From: Tubiluchus corallicola
Taxonomy: Eukaryota > Animalia > Priapulida
DNA length: 62,296 nt
Direction of reading: 5' to 3'
NCBI GenBank assembly: GCA_030141605.1
Contig: JAQGDQ010000455.1
Location: forward strand, 1 to 62,296
Part shown: positions 25,331 to 37,000 of the stretch, one piece after another
Layout of the letters: each line of letters begins with the position of its first letter
Numbering within the stretch: position 1 is the stretch's first letter
Position numbers and translations under genes: made by a program
The notes under the pieces: model-generated
What the model was told of the DNA's origin: nothing
The model's input: the letters and a program-made list of their open reading frames with translations, nothing else
The model's database searches: none

Positions 25331-26112
25331 TAGGACCCTAGCCAGTGTAGGACAATTGACGTACATGACTAGTCCAAGTAGGACGAGTCGTACATGTGCT
25401 GCCAAAGTAGGACACTAGAGACAGGTCATGAATTGAATCGTTAACCGTACTGGCAGCGTTAGTTCTCCTTGTTTATTTAATAATAACAATTGAAAACGTC
25501 AATACATGTTGAATAATTTATTATACATCTGATAAAATAAAAGAATCTTATTGTGGGCCAGTAGAACGGCCAATATTAAATTTGGCTTCGATATTAATCT
25601 TTTTGAAGTGAAATAAGCCCGCTTTTTAGGCGATTCCAACATTTGCTTACGGCATACCATTTTTATTTTGTCTCGCTTCACAGGCAGGTGATCCGTTTCA
25701 CTACTTGGACAAATGATTCCTAGGTAAGTAAAAGTTTCATTTTTAAACTTGCAATTATTTCCTTAATAACTGTGTGCATAGTTCCTCTCTTTAAAGCATT
25801 AGAGACTTAGTTTAATGTTAAGATGATATTAATGGAGCTAATAATGATGATAAATTGTTATTGTAAAAAATACATTTGTAAATTGTCATCATCATTATAA
25901 AGTTACTTTTTTCTAAAACAAATTTAGTTTTATGTTTTTTTGTGTCATAATTCTCGATTCTCGACAGAAATCGCCAGTCCCTACTTGGGCTGTCCATGTA
26001 CGACGATGCTTTCCCGCAAATTTAGCTCCTAGTTCGGCTAGTGGCGTACTCGACGCCCTACAGAAATTTAGCACACGCTGTTTCGCGGAACTGTCCTTAC
26101 TCCGTCCCTACA
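25331..26112. mobile_element. Second copy of the TGT...ACA element family
   Basis: Collinear with 9116-9891 in the same orientation (for example GTAGAACGGCCAATATTAAATTTG and TTTTAGGCGATTCCAACATTTGCTTA). Right end reverse-complements to TGTAGGGACGGAGTAAGGACA. GAAAG is present on both flanks (25326-25330, 26113-26117). Confidence 0.88.
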
Positions 26113-26599
26113 GAAAGGTTCCCGTATTGAGAGTTAACTCACCAGTGAACACAGTGAGAAAACGGAGAGTTGTGTTTGTGAAAAATCAGCCCAAAATCAA
26201 TAATAGTGGTGACGGGTTTTGATTGCAGCTAGATTAGTGTGTTCATTACCATCTAGGCTCTTTGGCACAGAAGATAACAAAAGAAAAAATGCTAACCTGT
26301 AGTAATTAGATTGGACAATATACTGTACAGACTAGATGTTGCTCTATAATTATAATAATTGTCGGATTTATTAGGGGTTATTACTGGGATGTGTTAGAGG
26401 TTAACATTTCTTCTCACTTGATGAGGGTGACTGCTAGTAGATCCAACAATTATTATATAAAGCAATATCTACTCTAGGTCCCAGTTTGTGCCGCTTGTGT
26501 AATGACAACTTGGACAAAATTAATGGCTTCTGCACAATAATACTAAAACTAGCCAAACCCCCCAAAAATAATTTTGTGCATAAACTCACAATAACATCC

Positions 26600-26935
26600 G
26601 ACACCACACCAACCCACCGCTTCACTCACAGCACACCACACGTCCCACTCCTTACCGCAACACCACACTACCCACAACACAACACACCACATTACACCAA
26701 CACCACCCACACCATACCATCCACACCCTACTACCCCACCACGTTATCCACACCACACCACCAATACCACGCCCTACACCACATCCTTCGCACAACTCCA
26801 CCAGCACCACACCTAACCCTACCACACCATTCACAACACACAGGGCCCACCATTCACGGCACACTCACCACACCCATCACGCCACATGGTGATCATGGTG
26901 TTGATGACGATGATGATGATGATGACGACACCTAC
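26600..26935. repeat. Low-complexity (CACCA/CACA)-rich tract followed by (GAT)n
   Basis: Directly visible. It produces the His/Thr/Pro- then Asp-rich ORF 26486..26968. Confidence 0.85.
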
Positions 26936-28262
26936 GGCACAAACACCAACAGCGCAGCATCACAGTGAAACCATTCAAAACATTTTGCACAAAGTCAAAA
27001 CTGTGTGTTATAATAAATGCTCTTAGTCTGCTTATCAATGATCAATAATGCACGGACATTCCACATAGTTTTGTTTGCTGCTTCTCACATGATAATAGGC
27101 TAACAGATCTTACTTACATGTATAAATCTATATTATAGATTATAATGTCACCTCTTGTTCTACAGTGTTATAGATTCTATAACACTGTAGAATGACAGGC
27201 GACAACAATGCCTGGAACAGCCGCGAAATTTCTCAAACTCAAAGACAGTGGATGTTCCAAATAGAGTGCAGCACAGGGGGTAGAAAAAGAACTTCAAAAT
27301 ACACCTCTCCCGTTTCATCCAGTATACATCTCTCTCAACAAAACCCTTAACATTTTGTAGACCGTTTCGTCCTCTTTCTGTGAGTGTGCTTATTTTTCCC
27401 AGCATGCCCAAACAGTTGCACAACTTCAGTTTTTCTGGAGACTGTTTGAGCAGTTTTCTGCAAACTTTGCGTGGTTGGGTCCGGGAAAACGCCCGTCATG
27501 GGGCGCTGCAGCCTTCCCCCGAATTCTAAATATGACTATAACACCCATCGTTGAACGGGCTATTAAACCATTACTGGCACCGCATTCCCGTTCTCTAGAA
27601 ATAAGAGGTATAAATTTTGCAATTTTTTGCAAAAAACGGCCGAAAAATGGCCATTTTTGGAGGTTTTTTGCCACCCGGTCCTCCAGGTGGGACCGATTTT
27701 AAAAATAATACCCCAATGGCAAATTTGCGGGTCCAGACCTTTCGTTTGATGTACAGATCATCGAGAATGGTGCCGTTGTTGGAGCTGTAGCCTCATCGGT
27801 TATATGTATATATACATATATGATTAGCTGTAATTACAGAAGTAGCAGGATGACCGAAATCGATCTACAAAAGTGGCTTATTTAATAATTCTCATATAAG
27901 TTCAATACATGAATCGAGTATAGGATATCGGTAACACGAATGTACAAAAATATGTGGATTCTTTCAACGTTCTAGGTGTTAGAGGTCAAACTGTGAATGC
28001 CATGCAATTATGTAACAAAGTGATTTTGTTTTTCTTTTTAGAAAGCAAAGTACCTCAGGGCACATTATTTTCTATTGACAAAAGCTTTGTACCATGGTGA
28101 ATTTTGGATTTTTTTCAAATGCACTGACAATTCACTTAAATTTTGTGATGATGGAGCTGCTTGATATCTATAGCTACACAACATAATTGTTTGTGCAGTA
28201 AGCCCATTTGTCATCTTGCTGTTGGTCAGTTATTTCACAAAAATTAATTTAAATGTAACTTT

Positions 28263-28271
28263 GCACGTGAC
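28263..28271. promoter_or_regulatory. CLEAR-like E-box GCACGTGAC just upstream of the CCDC115 ATG
   Basis: Motif seen ~40 bp before the start codon. Function is inferred. Confidence 0.35.
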
Positions 28272-28309
28272 CTTGGAGAAATAACAGAATTCCAAGATAA
28301 GAACGAAGT

Positions 28310-28966
28310 ATGGCTGCTTACAAAGATATTTGCGAGAGGCTTGATGTTTTAGCTCTAATGTTTATTGAAACTTTAGAACAAATATTACAGAATCAAAATA
28401 AACTAGCAACTTTACTTTCTGATGGCAACTGGTTAATGGCTAAATCACGAAGTATTATGGGACAGAAAGCAGTAAGCGAACTACAGGTGCCAACGGGCAA
28501 TGAAAGGCTAACTGCTACAGCAAAGATTAACGTTAATGCTTCACATACAGAAAACAAAATTGAAATATTTACATTGACGAATTGCTGTGACAAGCAGACC
28601 GACCACAAGCAAGCACTCGATCACACCAGCATGATCCGGCGACGTAAACCTGACACACTGAGCGTTTTCGATTCAGCCCACTCTGTAAATTCCAGCGGTG
28701 ACAACTTATCATTTCAAACGAGTGAAAACCAGGATAGTTGGCTACCTGATTCCAACAGTGACAGTGCATCACCGAGAAGAGACCCAATCACTTGGTTTGG
28801 GATATTGGTGCCACAGTCACTACGCGAATGTCAGCAGCGTTATAAGGCTGCCATAGAAATAACTGTGCACTTGGTAAACCTACAGAAAAAACTCACAGAT
28901 CTAAAAAAGGAATATGCTGAACTGATGAAAAATAAACAAGTATTACGTCAACAGTTATCTGAATAA
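28310..28966 (+). CDS. CCDC115: V-ATPase assembly factor VMA22 / CCDC115, 218 aa, intronless CDS
   Basis: N-terminal LD.LAL.F.E.LE...L...LSDG.W.MAKSR..MG...VS.LQ, central IRRRK, and C-terminal DPITWFGILVPQSLRECQQRYK plus a coiled coil. This matches the Vma22/CCDC115 family pattern. Confidence 0.92.
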   Translation: MAAYKDICERLDVLALMFIETLEQILQNQNKLATLLSDGNWLMAKSRSIMGQKAVSELQVPTGNERLTATAKINVNASHTENKIEIFTLTNCCDKQTDHKQALDHTSMIRRRKPDTLSVFDSAHSVNSSGDNLSFQTSENQDSWLPDSNSDSASPRRDPITWFGILVPQSLRECQQRYKAAIEITVHLVNLQKKLTDLKKEYAELMKNKQVLRQQLSE

Positions 28967-31055
28967 CTGTGTCGTTAGACAGTTCATTCATATAGGGATT
29001 GTTTGTTTTTTTGGGCAAATGTGTTGCAATTAGTTAACTATACAAAACAAAAATCACTAACATTCCAACAGAAATGTAATTTTCGTGTACATACAAAGCA
29101 AAACTACATGAATTTTGTCATAATATAACTGTAATTACTATAGTTTATTTGTATTATTTTTACAATACATACGTAAAAACAACTTTTCCCATTATCAACA
29201 GCATATTACAGTAAGTTCACTAATAAAGTAAAAGTTCAGAGCATGCTAATAACGCTTTTTATTTTTATTATTTACCTGCGTATCTTTGTTTAAACTTTCC
29301 TGTTATCTGTTATGAGTTGCCAAGTCCCACTGCCAAAAAACATGTCAAACATGCTACTGGCATTGATGTTACAAAAACTATCAAATAAATTGTATAAGCC
29401 AATATTGACTCCTCATTTTTAGAAATCTGTAAAACCTTTCAATACAAAGTTTTCACAAAAGGAAAATCTTACTACGGTTTGCACGCCAAATCTATTGTAT
29501 AATTATGCATCTAAATGAATCTACATGGGTACAAAAATTATACTTAAAATGTTTCAGTCTCCATGATAGCACTAATACAAAATATCACCGGTTCACATAC
29601 GTGTAATAATTGTACTAAACCAGGCACCAGCTTGACAACTTCAGGTATGGTCAAACCAAATAAAAAAAAAACGTATCATTTTAACAGAGATGATAATGTA
29701 TCTAATGCTGCAGATAAATGTGAAAATCAGCTGCTTTAGGTATTAATAATTTTGAGCTTTATAAAATATGACGTCACGGACGGTTGCACTAAAGCATTCA
29801 AACTTATGAAAATGCATGGAAGAGGACCAGTATACATTTTCTCCAAAACATTTTTTAATGAGAGGTTCCCTTACAATAATAGGACAAATCTGACTACAAC
29901 TTAACTTCACAAATTAAACCAATGGAATGAAGGAATGCACACATGCATCTGTATCAAATTTAGAATGCTAAATTTTTGCCAAATACTCTAGCTACATTTG
30001 GGGACCAGTGTCGATGCATTTCTGCATGTTCACAGAAAACTTGTTTAAAAAGACGTAGAATATTCTCTGGGGAGACATAGAAATGTGTAATTTCACAAGA
30101 AGCGACAAAATAAGCCAAGCAAAAGCTTGTCCACTGATTCACAACAAAAAGCTACCAGCTAGTAAAATATAAAATCAATAACCAAAACAAAACTAAATCA
30201 AACGTTTTCATCAAAATTCTCAAAAAACAGCCATATACCTACACATTAACAAAATGCACAAATGTACAAAATCTGTACAATTGGGAGGGCAGATAAAAAA
30301 CACCAAGTCACAATGGACATGCCCTCTAGTTCCACAGGAACTAGTATTTATATCACATTTAGTGTTATACCTTGAATTACGTAAGAAAAGATTAAGCTTT
30401 GCTCATCTGACACTATCTACATAACTGCTTCTACCAGATTTCCATAAAATTTTGAGAAAAATCAAAACAAGTCTTACAACAAATAAGAAACTGAATATTC
30501 GATAAACGCAAGAACTTTTAAATGCCAAGCTCAATACTGAAACAATTGATAAGTGAAATCTATCATTAGTGTTTTAATTAACTAGGATAAAAATAGCGAA
30601 AATATTAAACTATAACACTAGAATCCTGTCCGTCTGTTCTCGCTGCACACTCAACCGTTTATCCAATGTCTTTTTCATTAGACTACCAGTTAAAGAAATT
30701 GCTGGAAAAGATTTACTTGATTGCTGGAAAAGCTGGAACAGAATATAATTTTGCAGACATTTACCAGCCTCAAGTGGGGCTCTTTTAGGCTACAACTAAC
30801 GAAGCAGGAAGTCGTTGGGAACAAGGCATTTTTCAACATAAATCGTTTACAGTACTGTTCATGTAATTTAGAATCAAAAACAATATTTCTTAATTTTAAA
30901 TTATTTTCTGCATCATTTAAAATAAGCAAGTGCAGCTTCACTAGTCTAGAGAACGTCATAAAGACTTGTTGGCTTCAGAGTATTTAATACGGGTCATTAC
31001 AAATGGAAGGCAGATTGTGGTAACCGGTGTGCCACAACAGATCTTATTTTTTTCT

Positions 31056-34000
31056 TTACGAAATCTCAACATTGTCGATTTCACCAGCATTTACTCTGTT
31101 AGGATCGGCATGAACTGTAAAACCAAGAACACTGCTGTCTAATTTCTGCATTCGCTTTTTCTTCTTTTTTCCTGATGGGCCACTAGCTGCGTCATAGCCA
31201 GCTTGAGTTCCTGACTTGGGATTAGTAGTAGGAGTTATAGCTGGTGCAGGACCCCACATTTTATCCTACAAAAGTAATGGAAACAAGACTAATTATTCGC
31301 AATCTTAATTTTAAGAGTTTTTTACATTTTAAATTAAAATGATTAATTTTAATTTCGAGATTACTGTTAAGTATGAAAGTGCCCCACAATTAATTGAAAT
31401 TTTTGAAACAAAACTAATTAGAAAGACAGGAAATAAGAAAAAGTCGTGACATAGGCTAGATAAAAACCAGCAACCTATCGAGTATCTCTTCCGTCCGTGG
31501 TTCAATCCATGCTGTATCCCAACTTTTTCATATTTCCTGTCTTTCCGTACTTTCCATTAAGTTTGGTTGCAAAATTTTAATTAATGCGAGCTTGTTCAAT
31601 CACAAAAGTAAGATCTTGATAGGGTTTTATTATTTTTTGCAAGTGTTTGATCCTGATGGGTCTCATCAGCTGAATAGACTTGTGTCGCTAACCTGAGTCT
31701 TGGGATAGCCTCACAAGTCTAGTATTCCACTGACGAGGTCCGTTAGGAAGAAATAAAAAATCGTTTTGAGACTAATAAAGAGCATTCAACTTTTTACTCA
31801 TGCTACTTATATAGTCAGGATAAAACTGAACTGGTTAACAGATTTAGCAATTAATTATTTGAAATTTGCTTCAAAACAGATGAGATATTGTAGTTACGTC
31901 TCCCATTGTTTTATATCATTTATTTTTTATTCGTGTTATTAAAGAACAAGTCTCAGGAGAGCACTCTCATATTTTAATGCCTATGGTTGCACCGACTTTA
32001 GTATTTGGAAAAGCATGAGTAAGCTCACTTAACACAGTTTTAATAGGTATTGAAAATGTTATACTTTAAATAAGCTAAGATGGATTACATTAGCACTAAT
32101 GCTAATCATACCTCATCTGTAGGTTTGCGCTGATTCCTATACTTGCTTCTTTTCTCCAAAAACTTTTTGGCAAACTCTCTAGCCTCTTTAGTTTCCCCCA
32201 AGTATGACCGAACATAGTCCTGAATCTAAAGAAATGCATAATATATAATCTGTATGTAAATATAATAATAACCTGCATATAATAAAGGGTGCGCAACTCT
32301 GCAAAAACTTAAACCAAATTAATATCACTGCAAAACACATAGTTTACAGTAAAAACAACCGACAAGCGAAATTACGCTGACAAGATTTACCACATTACAA
32401 TAAACATTCCCTGTGTGACTATTGGAATAAATGATTTGGATTTTATGCTGACGAAAGCAGCATGATGTGGCATTATTTAAGCATTAAAGATTCAAACCAT
32501 TCCAAGGCTTCAAGCAAGTCATACTATGTTATTATTGCAACCAAGTCTGAATTTTCCAGAGAATGGGCCCTGGCTCTGGCTATGGATCTGGTGCCCCTCC
32601 AGAAAACACTTCGCAAAGCTTTTGAAATTAATGCACTTTATCAATCTTGCTTTCTTGAATGATATTTCGCTTTTGTGAAAGTTTTCCTGGTTTAACTCGC
32701 ATCTTTTTCTGTTTCAACAAGTCAAAATCTTTCAGATTGTTTCCCACATATCAAAGTCTATAAGCAGAGTTAATCTTGTACTGGTAGATGGGCAACATTA
32801 GGAAGAGTCAGCAAGAAAAAGATGTTTCATGTGAAATCCATGCATAACCTAGAAATTATCTATTTAATATTAATTCACAGTAAAAGTGTATTTGAGTAGA
32901 AGACGAGATGGAGAGAGTACAACACTGTCTCTTTCGCCCTCAGTATGGTCAATCTGGAAATGCAGAATTTACAAGCGTATAGTAAAGTAAAGAAGTGTTC
33001 CTACTTGCTTAAGTATGATGTATGAGTGAATGCTCAACAAATTGTGATGCCACATTCTTAGCCATGTACTTGAATTGGTCAATAAGATTATGTGAATTGG
33101 GGGTTCTCTCATACAAATGTGTCCGTATAGAGGTGAAATGAGTGAGCTATAAACTTTGAAAGGCACTTAATGTTACAATGACTTTAAATTATCCTTTCAA
33201 CATTGCCATAATAACTTTTGAAACTATATAAAGATCTTGTAGAAACGTACACACACAAATATATGTAGACTCAAATTTCAAATTAACGGTGTACAATATA
33301 AAGCATTGCTTCTAGAACTTGATCAAAAGAAAGATAAGAATATAAAGATTCTCAAATTTATAAAACAAACTTCAAATATTAAGATCATAAAAGCATGAAA
33401 CCCAAACTTTTGAATGTGTGATAGCACTTTTAGTATCTGGTATCATCAGATAATTTTAACAAAGTTTGTTCTATAAATTTTGGACTTTTGATCTTTAATG
33501 ATGTATTCAGACACTCACTTCATATGGTGATTCCACATCTCTTAAAAATGTTATGAACGTTGGAACTGAAAAGCAAAAGAACTGAAACTCAAAACAAGTA
33601 TCGATTAATGTGCTTGAAAAGTAGTTGAAACACATAAAAAAGTTGTCTGCTATTTAATACAAAAAGCCAGAATGAGTCTTAGAAACACGTAATTTACGCA
33701 TGACAAAAATGTTTCAAAACTGAGCAGAATAAATAGCACATGCTTACTATCAACAGAATGCTGCATGTGGGTTAATGCATTTGTACACCACTGGGTAAAT
33801 TCATCAGCCGTTGTATCCCTGTGCTTCTCGAACAGTTTCAGCACATTTTCCTGTTAAACAGAAAATAAAGTTATACATAGAATAAAAAATACAACTTGAT
33901 TGTGGGTTTTCAGGTTCAGTTACTTTGCAATGAAATTTTACAGTAAATATTACAACCAGTCTATCCAAAATTCTTAAGAAAAAAAGACTATTATTCAATT

Positions 34001-37000
34001 ATTTCATTATTTAAAACACAGACGTTATTTTGAATGGTTTGGTAGAATTTCAGTATCATTGCGTTTCATGTTTCATTTATGTACAAAATCAATTTTATTG
34101 TAGCTAGCTCAAAATCCATCTGAACTGCATGTTAAGTAAGTCAATAGCTAAGTCTGTCCTGCTAAGAATTTTGAGGCTAATGGAGAAATTAATCACGTGC
34201 TAAGAAATGCCTTTGAGCAAACCTCCAAGTGGCAAATAACTGGGAGTGACAAGCTAGGCAGCAAATTTGGCACCAGAACAAGACAAATAGGAAATTAACT
34301 GCATAATTTACCTGTTGAGATAAACTCAAATAAGACGAACAAAAAAGCAATAAAACAGAGAGACTGAACCAGGCTTGACACTGAATCAATGTTTGCTGTT
34401 CAGTTTACCAATAATTAAGGTATTGGATTCAAAATTCGGTAGATTGCACTAAATAAACAGAATGGTGATTCTTATAGGCTTATATTTTTATGCACTGGAT
34501 TCGGTTTGTACTTTTTGATAATTACCGTGTATCTGTGCCGATTTTGTCGGTTTATTATCGGTAGAATGTTGCCTTAAAAATGATGCAATAACAGATAGAA
34601 ATAACTGACCAGAAAAAATAGTTAAAGTCATCACTAAACATTACTGAAGGAATTCGATCAGACTGCCGATCTCTGTATTGATCAGTTTCAGTTTTTCGGC
34701 TTTCACTTTTATTTTTGCTCAGCTATCAGTTCGGTATTGATTCAGCTTTTGGAAAATAAATTTGGTTTCGGTATCAGTTTCAAATTTTTGCTTTGGTAAC
34801 AATCTGGACCAAACAAACTTTTACAAAACTTTTATCATCAAATTAGTAAAGAACCAATAATTTTCCAGTTTTAACAAACACACTTTGCGATAAAGCTTGA
34901 TGGTTATACTAAGTTACCTCTTCACGCTTGGTCCTTGGTTCTCTTTTGCTATTTTTCAGTTTAGTATTAACTGGCCCGTTCTGTACACCCAACGTAGGAA
35001 AGTTTGGATCTTTTCTATAAAAACAACATTACATTAATAACAAAGGTAATATCCTAAAACTTGCTAATTGACAACACACTTATGCACATAACTTATTTCG
35101 TTACACGTTAGGATGTAAAGCTCTACTTGGAAAACAGGCAATCTTATTATTGGACACAGATTAAATATTATCTAGGCCTAAATTTGCTTTCATTAAAAAA
35201 TACAAATACAAAAAATGCTAAGGTTTAAGACATACAAGTTTACATAAACGCACGTGCAAAACTTCTGAAACATTACCATCTTGGACAATCTTTATACAGA
35301 CTGCCAAGCCAAACCAAGTTTGTACAAATCCTATGACACCAAAAGATGTACCTTGGACTAGAATTTGTATTTTTAGCACGTGATTTCACCAGCGGTATGT
35401 CATCATCCCAAAAACCACCAGATTTCGCACAAGTGCTCCACAAACCTTCACCACTACCATTCGAACTGGTCGATTTTCCACCCCATCCCGCTGCCGATGC
35501 TAAAGATACATTCTGAATAAAATGTACAATTATTAGATAAGATGCCATCAACAAATATTAGCATTCAGAAAATGCTAAATGTAGCGAATGACAGAAGATA
35601 AATTCAAAATTTGTGAACATAAACAAATTAAGAAGTTAACAGTTTAGTAAAGCAAATTCGTCACAAAATGGAACAAATGCACTTACCGATGATATCAGGT
35701 TTTGCTGCTTAGCCTCGCTTTTCAAATATCTAGCTTCCTCTTCCTGAATCTCTAGCAATGATTTGACATGTGAATTTTTACCAGCTGAACTATAAATTAT
35801 CAAAAATAGTAACATTAAATCAAATATCATTTCCAAAAACATGAAGAACTCACACAGCTAAATAAAATGGGTAATCCGATTTAACCTGAAGTTTTGGGCA
35901 AAACGTGACATTTTAATTTCTATGAATATAAAAAAAACGAGAGCTAACCTGTATCGGGAGTGAAGGTACTGCCAAAGGCCAACAACAATGGCAATATTTC
36001 AAAATTTGTTAATGTACATTAAATTATTAGTTTTTAGCAACTGTCTAATCTAATTATTAGTTTTTAGCAAATATCTAATCTTTGTAAATTTAATACCTAG
36101 TGACCCATGAGAAGTTGGTAGGCTGTTGCTGTTGCTGCTGCTGCATTTGCTCTCGTTGTAGAGCAGCTTGTTGCTGTCTGATTTCTGCCTCGGAACGTTC
36201 TCTTTCTTCCTGCACTTGTTGGATGCGCGACAGATTAACACTGGCATTTGTTTGCTGATGTTTAACATGCTGGGCCCATGGTGCTGGCTAAAACAAAGTT
36301 GACAAATCACATTTCAACATCAGCCACAAGGATCACAAATGCACTCTGAAAAAGTACCTTTCAATGAACTGACGACAAACATTGACAATTAGTTGCTCGA
36401 TAATGATTTGTTCTTCTTGACCTTCAGCTTACTGAACCAAACACTGTGTGCCATCAATTCAATGAAGTTTTCTATTTGCATTTCCATTAATTCAGTCAGC
36501 TCAGGTAGTGACAACTTCGCAAACTCGGCAAATTATCTGGAAGTCTTGTTAACAATATTTAGGACACGTATGACACATTTATTAAATTTATTATTTACTT
36601 GGGTAAACCTCGTTTTCTGTGCACTGACCTGAAGACATTTTGCAAGAGAATGTTCCCTATTCTATGGGCTATTTGTGCGGTTTTAGAAAAAAAATTAATA
36701 CTAAGTAATACATTTAAATACTAAGTAACGTAGCTACTAGATACTATAACAGCTAGAGTGTTTAAACAATCCGACAATGCCAATGTCAATATAATTTACA
36801 GTGGATGCAAATACTTGCAGAAATGCTTGCTGGAATTCATTATCTCGTCTGGTTTTGCATAACTGCATTTCGTAACATGTGCTACCTAATGACTCCATGA
36901 TACTTGACAAATATCACATTCAAAATCGTTACCATTCTACCAACTGTTGAACTGGCTCAGTCAGTAGGAACTCAAAGTAAAAACACATCGATTGCAATTT

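Noticed and set aside
32895-32960. Minus-strand CGAAAGAGA...TCTCTC resembling hammerhead stem III
   Set aside because: No CUGAnGA box (reads CAGATTGA) and no stem I.
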